Shown here piece after piece: positions 1 to 8,192 of a stretch of 64,000 nucleotides of DNA (the stretch's first letter is position 1; each line of letters starts with the position of its first letter). This stretch comes from Vicinamibacterales bacterium. Lineage in GTDB: Bacteria > Acidobacteriota > Vicinamibacteria > Vicinamibacterales > UBA823. Position numbers and translations under genes: made by a program. Under the pieces are notes generated by a model. It was not told the origin of the DNA and searched no databases. It saw nothing but the letters and a program-made list of their open reading frames with translations. Location: positions 69,013 to 133,012 of the forward strand of contig CBDANA010000006.1 in assembly GCA_965197385.1 (NCBI GenBank). The letters are read 5' to 3'.

Positions 1-3000
1 CGCGTCCGGCGTGATCTCGCCGTCCCGCTCGAGCTGCTCGACCTCTGCGATGACCGAGTCGAGATCGACCTGAACCGTCTCCAGGCAGGCGGCGGCCAAG
101 TGCGAGCACTCGGCCTGGGCGGTCGCGTGCGAAACCTCGAGCTGGCCGACACCGCTCCGGATGTCCTCGTGGGCGCCGCGTGCCTCTCGAATAGCCACGT
201 CCTGTGCGTCCACACGCGTCCGGAGGCCCGTCAAGGCGTCGTCCGCCGCCTGCACCTCCTGGCGCAGCCGCTCGAGCTCCCCGACGCCTCGATCGAACCT
301 ACGTGCCGACTCGCCGATCTGCACCTGCAGCGACTGCCGGCGGCTGTCGGCTCGCGACAGGTCGTCGCGCCGGGTGGTCGCGCGGGTCTCCAACTCGGCC
401 GACGCCTCCGCCAGTCGCACCACTTCGGCAGCAACCGCCGTCGCGCGCTCGACCAGTCCGGCGTGCGCCGCTTTCGCATCGGCAAATCCCTCTCCCATCA
501 CCTCGATGGAGGTGCGGGCTTCGAACACCCGGCGCTGAGCCGAGGTCAGACGCTCGTCGACGGCTCGCTGCTCGCCGTCCAGTCGCGCGATCGACTCCCG
601 GGTCTCGAGATGCCGCGCCTCGGACGACGCACACTCCTCTTGGGCGCGCCGACGCTCGGCGTCGAGCAGTTCCTGTTTGCGCCGGATCAACTCGGCTTCG
701 TCCTGCAGGGTGGACAGCCGGAGGTCCAGCTCGAGTATCGCCTTGTCCCCTGCCTGCCGCTGCTCCGTCAACGTGGCCAGAGCGGTCGTGGCCCACGTGA
801 CGCGCTGCTCGATCGCGCCCAGCTGGGTTGCCGTCGCGTCGGCCTCCGCCTGCCTCGGCGCGATAGCGGCGCGCAGTTCCTTGATTTGACGTTTCGTGGC
901 GAGAATGCCGCGCGCTTCGGCCTTGCCGCCTCCGAAGACTTGATGCCGCCCACGTACGACTTCACCTGACAGCGTAGCCACCGGACCAGCAACCCCGCCA
1001 GCCGCGGACAGCGCCTGCTCCAGCGACTCGGCCACGAACGCGTGACCGATCGCTTCCCGAATCGCCGGCGCAGCCGGTCCTCTGACCTTGACCACCGACA
1101 TCAGCGGCACCAACCCGGCCGGCGGGGAACCGGCATCGACCACCGACGACGACCGACCATCAGCATTCGTTGAGCTCTCCACTACGAGAAACCCGCATCG
1201 ACCGGCGTCATGGTCGCGCACGAACTGGAGCCAGGCCGCCGCCTTCTCGTGGCTGGCCACGACAACGTGCTGCAGCAAATCGCCCAGGCAGGCTTCGACG
1301 GCACGCTCGTACCGATCGCCGACTTCCAGGTAATCCGCCACCGACCCCATGTGGCCCACGACGCCGTTCCCCTCCGCCAAGATGAGACGTGCCGCGTCGC
1401 CATAGCCGGCACGAGCGGCCTCGAGCTCTTCCAGCGACTTCGCGCGTGCCGCCATCGCCGCGAGCTCCCGCTCGTGCGTGCGAGCCGTTTTCACACAGGC
1501 CTCGCGATCGCGCTGCAGTTCGGAGAACTCGTCTCGGCGCACCGCATGGGTCCGGACCGCCTCGTCCAGCGTCTCCTGAGTTTTGGTCCGCTCCGCCATG
1601 ACGGACTGCCGGTTGGCCCGCCACTGGGTCCGGCCGGCCTCCAGGTCGGCCGTCTCGACGTCGAGCTTCGCCAGCTCCGCCATCACCCGCTCGCGCGCAC
1701 TGGCCGCGTGCTCGGCGACATGGCGCAGTGCGGTCGCGGCATTGATCGCGGCGAACACCTCGACCCGTGCCGCTTCGACGTCCCCCTCCATGCCCTCAAC
1801 ATCGTGGCGCGCCGTCGCGTACGAGGCCTCGAACGACGCCATGTGCTGCTCGGCCCGACCTCGTGCCGCCTCCGCGTCGGACGCGTTAGCGCGGCGCTGC
1901 TCCAACGCCTCCCGCGCCGGTATCCGACGCGCCGCGAGCGCCTCGAGTTCGGCCCGGATCTCCTCGAAAAGCGTGCCCAGGTCAGCGACCTGCTGACGGT
2001 CGAACTCGAGTTGATGCTGCAGCCGCCCGATCTCCAGCTCCCGGGCGTGGGCTGTGTCTCGGCTCACCGTGGCCCGCGTCTCCCCCTCCACGAGCGCGAT
2101 ACGCGACTGCGCCTGCGTCGCCTCCAACGCGGCGAGTCGAGCCGCCGCGGCGGCCTCACGGGCCCGCGCCTCGGTCAACTTCGCGAGGGCCGTCTCGATG
2201 GCACCGGATAGCCATCGGTGTCGCATCGTAAAGGACACCTTTTCCCACTGGCGTAACTCGTCACGGAGCCGCCGATACCGACGCGCCTTCGCGGCCTGAC
2301 GCTTCAGTGCGTTTCGCTGCTTGTCGACTTCGTGAACGATGTCGTCGACCCGGGTAAGGTTCTGCTCCGCGGCGTCGAGCTTCAACTCCGCGGCCCGGCG
2401 TCTCGTCTTGTACTTCGTGACGCCTGCGGCCTCCTCTATGAGCTGGCGGCGCTCGTTGGGCCGGGCACTGAGGATCTGCCCGATCTTGCCTTGCTCAATG
2501 ACGGCATAGGCCTTGATCCCGACGCCCGAGTCCATGAGCAAATCCTGCACGTCCCGCAGCCGACAGACCGCCCCGTCGATGAGATACTCGCTCTCACCGG
2601 ATCGGTAGAGGCGGCGCGAGACCTCGACGTCCCGCGTGACCGACGGCCCCGCGTCCTCCCCAGCGCCCTCGTCCGATCCCGTCGCAGGCAGCGGCTCCGG
2701 CCCAGCCACCGCCATCGGGGCCGGTCCCATCGCCGCGTGGCCGTCGTCCTTGGGGGCGTTGTTACCGGTGCCGTGACCGGTGCCGTTCGAATGGCCGTGG
2801 CCGTTGGTCGGCCCGGCCCGCCGGGTGGTCACGCCCCGGAGCAGCAGCTTGACCTCGGCCGCCGCGGTCGGCTTGCGCCCATCGCTGCCGCTGAAAATGA
2901 TATCCTCCATCCGATCGCCACGAAGGCTCTTTGCGCTCTGCTCGCCGAGTACCCACGTGATCGCGTCGACGACGTTGCTCTTGCCGCATCCATTTGGGCC

Positions 3001-3090
3001 GACAATCGCCGTGACGCCGTCGTCGAACTTGAGGTGCGACCGATCTGGAAAGCTCTTGAAACCTGATATCACCAACTGCTGCAGCTGCAT
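1..3090 (-). CDS. smc: Chromosome segregation protein SMC, N-terminal ~1030 aa (C-terminus runs off the left edge)
   Basis: Minus-strand ATG at 3090-3088 gives MQLQQLVISGFKSFPDRSHLKFDDGVTAIVGPNGCGKSNV (Walker A), then coiled-coil-type sequence. The frame was checked by hand as SMC-like at 3090, 1260 and 150. It is absent from the ORF track because it has no stop inside the window. Confidence 0.9.
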   Translation of the reverse strand, partial: MQLQQLVISGFKSFPDRSHLKFDDGVTAIVGPNGCGKSNVVDAITWVLGEQSAKSLRGDRMEDIIFSGSDGRKPTAAAEVKLLLRGVTTRRAGPTNGHGHSNGTGHGTGNNAPKDDGHAAMGPAPMAVAGPEPLPATGSDEGAGEDAGPSVTRDVEVSRRLYRSGESEYLIDGAVCRLRDVQDLLMDSGVGIKAYAVIEQGKIGQILSARPNERRQLIEEAAGVTKYKTRRRAAELKLDAAEQNLTRVDDIVHEVDKQRNALKRQAAKARRYRRLRDELRQWEKVSFTMRHRWLSGAIETALAKLTEARAREAAAAARLAALEATQAQSRIALVEGETRATVSRDTAHARELEIGRLQHQLEFDRQQVADLGTLFEEIRAELEALAARRIPAREALEQRRANASDAEAARGRAEQHMASFEASYATARHDVEGMEGDVEAARVEVFAAINAATALRHVAEHAASARERVMAELAKLDVETADLEAGRTQWRANRQSVMAERTKTQETLDEAVRTHAVRRDEFSELQRDREACVKTARTHERELAAMAARAKSLEELEAARAGYGDAARLILAEGNGVVGHMGSVADYLEVGDRYERAVEACLGDLLQHVVVASHEKAAAWLQFVRDHDAGRCGFLVVESSTNADGRSSSVVDAGSPPAGLVPLMSVVKVRGPAAPAIREAIGHAFVAESLEQALSAAGGVAGPVATLSGEVVRGRHQVFGGGKAEARGILATKRQIKELRAAIAPRQAEADATATQLGAIEQRVTWATTALATLTEQRQAGDKAILELDLRLSTLQDEAELIRRKQELLDAERRRAQEECASSEARHLETRESIARLDGEQRAVDERLTSAQRRVFEARTSIEVMGEGFADAKAAHAGLVERATAVAAEVVRLAEASAELETRATTRRDDLSRADSRRQSLQVQIGESARRFDRGVGELERLRQEVQAADDALTGLRTRVDAQDVAIREARGAHEDIRSGVGQLEVSHATAQAECSHLAAACLETVQVDLDSVIAEVEQLERDGEITPDA

Positions 3091-3439
3091 GTCGCTATGA
3101 GCCCTATCTAGCGTCGAGACCGCTCCACGCACAGACGGCGTACGAGCAACCAGCCGCGCGGTCGAAGGTCAGAACACCTCGACGATCGAGCAGCTGGGAG
3201 CGCCCAATGCATTGTCCGAAACAGGTCACGTGCCGTCAGGGCGGTCGACACGAAGGCAGGACCCGCCCCTGGCAACTGGCGCCCGCGGGCCAAGCGGAAT
3301 TCTCACGGCCGGCTCCCGCCGCGCCCAGAGGCAGCCCTGCTCAGGCCGCCGACGAACGGCCGCAGTGTACCAAGGGCCAACCCATTGGGGCAAGGTCAAA
3401 TTCTCCCACAAAATATGGTGGCATCCGGCACCGGCACCA

Positions 3440-3600
3440 CGGCCTGCTGTGAGCGCCCCGTGTGGCACCGAGACCCCGCTAACCGAAGCCGCGGTCGGCC
3501 CGGGCAAGGCGCGAGGAGGGAGCATACCGGGAGTATTTGACCCGTCGTGGGCAACGCCCAGCGCCGCCCATGGTGGGATGCATCGGCGGTCTCGGCGCTA
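3440..3600 (-). repeat. Structured intergenic repeat (SIR), copy B, reverse orientation
   Basis: The reverse complement aligns almost base for base with copy A (14532-14712). Shared blocks are GCCGATGCATCCC, ATACTCCCGGTATGCTCCCTCCTCGCGCC and AGCGGGGTCTCGGTGCCAC. It lies between the ctpA stop and the smc start. Confidence 0.85.
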
Positions 3601-3602
3601 GA

Positions 3603-5258
3603 CTAGGGAGCGGCCGGTCGGCCGCTCTGGGAGAGCACGGTCAACGCTTTGGCGTCGGCGAAGAGGCCGAGCGCGTAGATCGCCTGCGGGTCGACCTCGA
3701 GCAGGTGGCGCCGCGCATCCAAGACACCGAACAACGCCAGATCGATGTGGTATCGAATCAGGGCCCGCACGAACGCCTCATCCGCCTTCAGTTCCTCGCG
3801 ATCGACGGTCAGGCGCTCCTGTTCGAGGAAGGCCACGAAGTCGTCCAGCATGCTGTCGGTGACTTCGAAATCGCGGTCAACGGTCACGCGGTTCCGCCCT
3901 GCGCCGCTGATCCGCGTGTCGCCACGCACCGAGTACTTCTGCGCATACCGGGGAAACGTCTGCCTGGCGAACAGGCGCCGGCCGACTGGCGTGGGATCGA
4001 ATCCCTCGATCGGACCGGCCTTGAACCGATCCGGCTCGATGCCGCCTCCGCTGTACACCTGTCGTCCGGCGTCCGTGTACTTGAGGTCGGCGCCGGAGTG
4101 CTCGCGCTCGCCTTCCTGATCGCGAAGCGAATAGGTCAAGTACTCGTCGAACGTGCCGTCCCACGGCCGCTGAATGAGCCGGCCACTTGGCGTGAAGTAC
4201 CGCGCCGTGGTCAGCGCCAACCCTGCTCCCTGGCTCACCCGGTAGACCGACTGGACCAGGGCCTTGCCGAACGTCGTCTCGCCAACGATCAGTCCGCGGT
4301 CGTGATCCTGGATGGCGCCGGCCACGATCTCGGACGCGCTGGCGCTGTTTCGATTCACCAACACGACGAGCGGCAGACCGGTGAAATCACTGTCCTCGCT
4401 CGCGTGGTAGTCCTGATCCGAGTTGGGAATGCGCCCGCGCGTGTAGACGATCATGTCGCCACGCGGCAAGAACCGATCGGCCACCCGAATGGCCTGATCC
4501 AGCGGCCCGCCCGGATTGTCACGCAGGTCCAGCAGCACCTGCTGCATGCCCTGCTCGGCCAACTCGTTGAGCGCGAGGCCCAGGTCGTGATCCGTCGTCT
4601 CTGAAAAATCGCGCAACCGGACGTATCCCGTCGACGCGTTGACCATCAACGCGCCGAGAATCGTTGGGATGTTGATCTCGCCTCGCGTGACCTCCAGCGG
4701 AATCAGCTCGTCGTAGCCCTGCCGCCTGATCGCGATGCGGACCGCAGATCCCCTGGGACCGCGCAGCCGCCGGACCGCCTGATCGCTCGTCCAGCCCTGC
4801 GCCGACTCCCCTTCGATCTCGGCGATGACGTCACCGCGCCGGATCCCCTTCAGGTAGGCTGGCGAGCCGTCGAACAGCGCGATGACCGTGATGTCGCCGT
4901 TCTGCACCTGAATGGTGATCCCGAGGCCGTAGTAGCGCCCTTCCTGGCGTTCCCGCATCTGCGAGTACGAACGCGGGTCCATGAAGCTGGAGTGCGGGTC
5001 CAGCGTCTGCAGCATCCCGCTGATCGCCGCATACACCAGCCGATCCGTGTCGACCTCATCGACGTAGTTGGACTCGATGGCCGCGAGGGCGGTCGAGAAC
5101 ACCTTGTATCGCTGCGCGACACGATCCTGAGTCGCCAGCGCGCGCCCGCCGAACAGGCCGCCCACCAACGCCGACACGACCACCACCGTTACCGCCGCCG
5201 ACAGGGACTGAACACCCCGCATGAACGGCATCGTACCAGATAAGCCCCTATGTCGCAA
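3603..5258 (-). CDS. ctpA: Carboxyl-terminal processing (S41, tail-specific) protease with PDZ domain
   Basis: 551-aa ORF with an N-terminal hydrophobic segment, a PDZ-like GDVIAEIEG region, and the NRNSASASEIVAGAIQD...TFGKALVQ Ser/Lys catalytic region typical of S41. Confidence 0.85.
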   Translation of the reverse strand: MRHRGLSGTMPFMRGVQSLSAAVTVVVVSALVGGLFGGRALATQDRVAQRYKVFSTALAAIESNYVDEVDTDRLVYAAISGMLQTLDPHSSFMDPRSYSQMRERQEGRYYGLGITIQVQNGDITVIALFDGSPAYLKGIRRGDVIAEIEGESAQGWTSDQAVRRLRGPRGSAVRIAIRRQGYDELIPLEVTRGEINIPTILGALMVNASTGYVRLRDFSETTDHDLGLALNELAEQGMQQVLLDLRDNPGGPLDQAIRVADRFLPRGDMIVYTRGRIPNSDQDYHASEDSDFTGLPLVVLVNRNSASASEIVAGAIQDHDRGLIVGETTFGKALVQSVYRVSQGAGLALTTARYFTPSGRLIQRPWDGTFDEYLTYSLRDQEGEREHSGADLKYTDAGRQVYSGGGIEPDRFKAGPIEGFDPTPVGRRLFARQTFPRYAQKYSVRGDTRISGAGRNRVTVDRDFEVTDSMLDDFVAFLEQERLTVDREELKADEAFVRALIRYHIDLALFGVLDARRHLLEVDPQAIYALGLFADAKALTVLSQSGRPAAP

Positions 5259-5290
5259 CGAGTTCAGAGCATCGGCATGCAGTCGTTGGC

Positions 5291-5319
5291 TTGACCCAGC
5301 GGGTGCACGTTTCTATAAT
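5291..5319 (+). promoter_or_regulatory. Sigma70-type promoter upstream of tatA
   Basis: TTGACC (5291-5296), 17-nt spacer, TATAAT (5314-5319). It lies about 140 nt upstream of the tatA ATG. Confidence 0.6.
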
Positions 5320-5460
5320 GCAATCAGGCATTTGCGCGCACTGAGGGCCTGCTGATTCGGCCCAGTCAGGCGTCGAGCGTGCCCCTCGTCGCGGGCAACC
5401 GTAGTGTCCGAACGCGGCGCCGCCGCTCGAGAACGAAAGTCTGTTAAGGAGCGTCAGGAC

Positions 5461-5814
5461 ATGTTTGGCTCAATCGGAATGCCCGAACTCATTATCATCT
5501 TCGTCATCGCCCTGATCATCTTCGGGCCCAGAAAACTGCCCGAACTTGGCCGTTCGTTGGGCAAGAGCATCGGCGAGTTCAAGCGCGCCTCGAACGACCT
5601 GCGGAGCACCCTGGAGGAGGAGATCAAGGTCGAGGACTCCCGGCCACCGCAGACCTCCGGGACTGAATCGGCCGCGTCGGCGCCGGTCAGTGAGCCGGCC
5701 AGCACGGCCGCGACGACTCCGCCCGCGAGTGCGACGTCGGCCGAGGAGCCGACGACGTCGCCTACAGCCGAGACGACCCCGCCGAGCGAGAGCCGGTCGA
5801 GCTCCGGCACCTGA
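5461..5814 (+). CDS. tatA: Twin-arginine translocase subunit TatA/E
   Basis: [43 protein letters not shown] is the canonical TatA N-terminus. AAGGAG lies 9 nt upstream of the ATG at 5461. The track ORF starts earlier, at 5404. Confidence 0.9.
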   Translation: MFGSIGMPELIIIFVIALIIFGPRKLPELGRSLGKSIGEFKRASNDLRSTLEEEIKVEDSRPPQTSGTESAASAPVSEPASTAATTPPASATSAEEPTTSPTAETTPPSESRSSSGT

Positions 5815-5833
5815 CGCCCCTGACTGACCTCGC

Positions 5834-6655
5834 ATGGCGCCGGAATCCGGTCCAGACTCGCATCCTGTCCCCGTTCAACCGCAGCCGCTTGGCGAACCCC
5901 AGTCCGGTGAGGACGACGACGCCTCCGGCGGCCGGATGTCGTTCCTCGAGCATCTGGACGAACTAAGAAAGCGTCTCGTCCAAGCCGCCTGTGGTATTCT
6001 CGGCGGATTCATCGTCGCCTTCGCCTTCATCAAGTACATCTTCGAGTTCATCATGGTTCCGCTGCAGCAAGTGCTGCCGGAGGGAGGCCGCCTCGTTTAT
6101 ACGGAACCAGCCGAAGCCTTCTTCCTGTACATGAAGATGGCCGCGCTGGTCGGGCTGCTGCTGGCAATGCCCATCCTCTTCACGCAGGTCTGGATGTTCA
6201 TCGCACCAGGCCTGTACCCGCACGAGAAAAAGTTTGCGATTCCCTTCGTCGCGCTCACGTCGCTGTTCTTCCTCGGCGGCGCGCTGTTCTCGCATTACGC
6301 GGTCTTCCCGCTCGCCTGGCGCTTCTTCGCCGGGTTCACCACGGATTACATGGAGTTCCTGCCGCGCATCGCGCCGGTCTTCTCCCTGTACGTGAAGATG
6401 CTGCTGGCGATGGGCGTCGTGTTTCAACTGCCCACGCTGGTGTTCTTTCTGGCCAAGCTGGGACTGGTCACGCCAAAGTTCCTCATCAAGAACATCAAGT
6501 ACGCCATCCTCGCGATCTTCATCATCGCGGCCGTCTTGACCCCCTCCGCCGATCCGGTGACGCAGACCGCGATGGCGGTACCGATGATGGTGTTGTACGG
6601 CATCAGCATCGGCATCGCCTGGATGTTCCAGAAGCGTCGCTCGGACGACGACTAG
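5834..6655 (+). CDS. tatC: Twin-arginine translocase subunit TatC
   Basis: 273-aa polytopic ORF with MSFLEHLDELRKRL and six hydrophobic segments. An alternative start is the internal ATG at 5936. Confidence 0.9.
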   Translation: MAPESGPDSHPVPVQPQPLGEPQSGEDDDASGGRMSFLEHLDELRKRLVQAACGILGGFIVAFAFIKYIFEFIMVPLQQVLPEGGRLVYTEPAEAFFLYMKMAALVGLLLAMPILFTQVWMFIAPGLYPHEKKFAIPFVALTSLFFLGGALFSHYAVFPLAWRFFAGFTTDYMEFLPRIAPVFSLYVKMLLAMGVVFQLPTLVFFLAKLGLVTPKFLIKNIKYAILAIFIIAAVLTPSADPVTQTAMAVPMMVLYGISIGIAWMFQKRRSDDD

Positions 6656-6710
6656 CAGCCCGTGATCCGGGTGTGTCGGTGGAGCGATCGTGAGACGAAA
6701 GCTGCGGCAG
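6653..6710 (+). repeat. SIR arm-only fragment abutting the IS30 element
   Basis: TAGCAGCCCGTGATCCGGG starts on the tatC stop codon and matches the 5' arm consensus T(A/T)(G/A)CA(G/A)CCCGTGG of SIR copies D, A and E. It is interrupted by the IS end at about 6711. Confidence 0.5.
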
Positions 6711-7906
6711 GTTCAATCGGTCAATGCAACAGCGGTCGCAGTGTATCAGCTGGCGTGGCATATCCCAGCGTCTTGCGTGGACGTGAGTTGAGACGTTGCG
6801 CGATGGTGTTGAGATCAGCCTGCGTGTAGGTCGAGAGGTTTGTTCCTTTGGGGAAGTATTGCCGCAACAAGCCGTTGGTGTTCTCGTTCGTACCTCGCTG
6901 CCATGGACTCTGCGGGTCGCAGAAGTACACCTTCACGTTCGTGGCGACCGTGAAGCGCTTGTGCGAGGCGAATTCGGTCCCACGGTCCCACGTCAGAGAC
7001 GCCATCAACCCCTTCGGGAGCGTGCGAACGGCGTTGGCCAGCGCCCGCACGACATTGGCGGTGTCTTTGCCAGCCAGACGAATCAAGAGCAGGAAGCGCG
7101 AGTGGCGCTCGACGAGCGTGGCGATGTGTGAGTTGCGAGCCCCGGTCAGTAAGTCGCCTTCCCAGTGGCCGGGCACGGCCCGATCCGCTGCCTCCGCCGG
7201 ACGTTCTCGAATCGAGACGGCGTCGATGATCTGACCACGGCACTGGCCCGCCGTGCTGGCGTGCTTGGACCGACGCATCCGTCGCCGACGGCGAAGGTGG
7301 GCGTTCAGGGCTTTCTTCAGCACCCCGCGACTCTGCACGAAGAGACTGAGATAGATCGTCTCGTGCGACACGTGCAAACAAGGATCCTTCGGAAAGGTCC
7401 GTTTGAGCCACCCGGCGATCTGCTGTGGGGACCAGTCTGCCGCCAGCTTCTCAGTCACCAGGGCACGGAGCAACGGCGAGAGGGCGAGCCGACAGGGTTT
7501 CGGACGCCGAGTTCGGTCCCAGGCACGCGCGTCGGCAACGGACGCACGGTACTGCCGTCGGCCACCGTTCCGTCGCACCTCCCGGCTGATCGTCGATGGC
7601 GCTCGACTCAGGCGCACGGAGTAGCCCCGGGCCAAGCCCCTGGAGATTTCCTCCCGCTCCGTCAGGGTGAGCGAGCGTCGCGACCGGGTCCGTGACGGCG
7701 GCGGGATACCCCCACGGGCTGACACGACGTGGTGAACTGCTCCCGGGATCCGACCGAGTGCCCGACCGATGTCGCTGAGCGACTCACCTCGCTTCCACCG
7801 CTTCCACAGCTCCACCTTCTCTCTTGCTGACATCCGTGGACGACGAACGCGACCCATGATCCCTCCTTGCTGTGATCATTCATCGCGTTGCATCGACCCT
7901 TTGAAC
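6711..7906 (-). mobile_element. IS30-family insertion sequence (~1.2 kb)
   Basis: A single DDE transposase ORF is flanked by imperfect 20-bp inverted repeats: GTTCAATCGGTCAATGCAAC (6711-6730) versus the reverse complement of 7887-7906 (GTTCAAAGGGTCGATGCAAC), 17/20 identical. No clear direct repeat was seen. Confidence 0.7.
6721..7857 (-). CDS. IS30-family transposase
   Basis: 378-aa ORF with an N-terminal HTH (ESLSDIGRALGRIPGAVHHV), an HWEGDL motif and a DDE-type C-terminal core typical of IS30 transposases. The frame is intact. Confidence 0.85.
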   Translation of the reverse strand: MGRVRRPRMSAREKVELWKRWKRGESLSDIGRALGRIPGAVHHVVSARGGIPPPSRTRSRRSLTLTEREEISRGLARGYSVRLSRAPSTISREVRRNGGRRQYRASVADARAWDRTRRPKPCRLALSPLLRALVTEKLAADWSPQQIAGWLKRTFPKDPCLHVSHETIYLSLFVQSRGVLKKALNAHLRRRRRMRRSKHASTAGQCRGQIIDAVSIRERPAEAADRAVPGHWEGDLLTGARNSHIATLVERHSRFLLLIRLAGKDTANVVRALANAVRTLPKGLMASLTWDRGTEFASHKRFTVATNVKVYFCDPQSPWQRGTNENTNGLLRQYFPKGTNLSTYTQADLNTIAQRLNSRPRKTLGYATPADTLRPLLH

Positions 7907-8034
7907 TCACCGGGTCTTTTCGTTGACTTCACAGGGGTGCGTACGATTTACTTGACGGAGTGGGCAATTTTTTGCAGCGAGCCGTCGACGGAGGACTGAC
8001 CGCGAGGAACCGACTCTGGGGTCTCGCGAACTGG

Positions 8035-8192
8035 CAGCCCGCGGTGAACGTCCGGCGGCATTCGGCCGGCGATGCATCCCCGCTGGCTGCGTTGCGTCTC
8101 GTTCAAATATTCCAAATATTCTCACTCGTCGCGCCTTGCCAGCGGGGCGCCTCGTCACCCTCGGTGCCACGCCGGACGTTCACCACGAGCTG
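8035..8192 (+). repeat. SIR copy E, forward orientation
   Basis: Near-identical to copy D over GGCATTCGGCCGGCGATGCATCCCCGCTGGCTGCGTTGCGTCTCGTT.AAATATTCC..ATATTCTC.CTCGTCGCGCCTTGC. The terminal inverted repeat is GTGAACGTCCGGC / GCCGGACGTTCAC. Confidence 0.85.

Noticed and set aside
100-3066. Long plus-strand ORFs (100-969, 1210-2211, 2332-3066) and other Arg/Pro-rich ORFs opposite smc.
   Set aside because: They are antisense shadow ORFs of a high-GC gene. Their products are low-complexity Arg/Ala/Pro strings, whereas the minus strand gives an unmistakable SMC sequence.
3233-3282. GTCAGGGCGGTCGACACGAAGGCAGGACCCGCCCCTGG looked faintly like the SRP (4.5S) RNA GUCAGG...GGAAG...AGCAG motif.
   Set aside because: The conserved GGAAGGAAGCAGC core and the flanking helix are not present. 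It is only a simple GC hairpin, so there is not enough evidence to call an RNA gene.
3537-3601. Short peptides encoded inside SIR copies (MTRRGQRPAPPMVGCIGG at 3537, MTHRGQCPAPPMAGCIGG on the minus strand from 14615), preceded by a GGAGGG.
   Set aside because: They are conserved only between the two most similar copies (A and B). Copies C, D, E and F have indels that break the frame, so the similarity is nucleotide-level, not coding.
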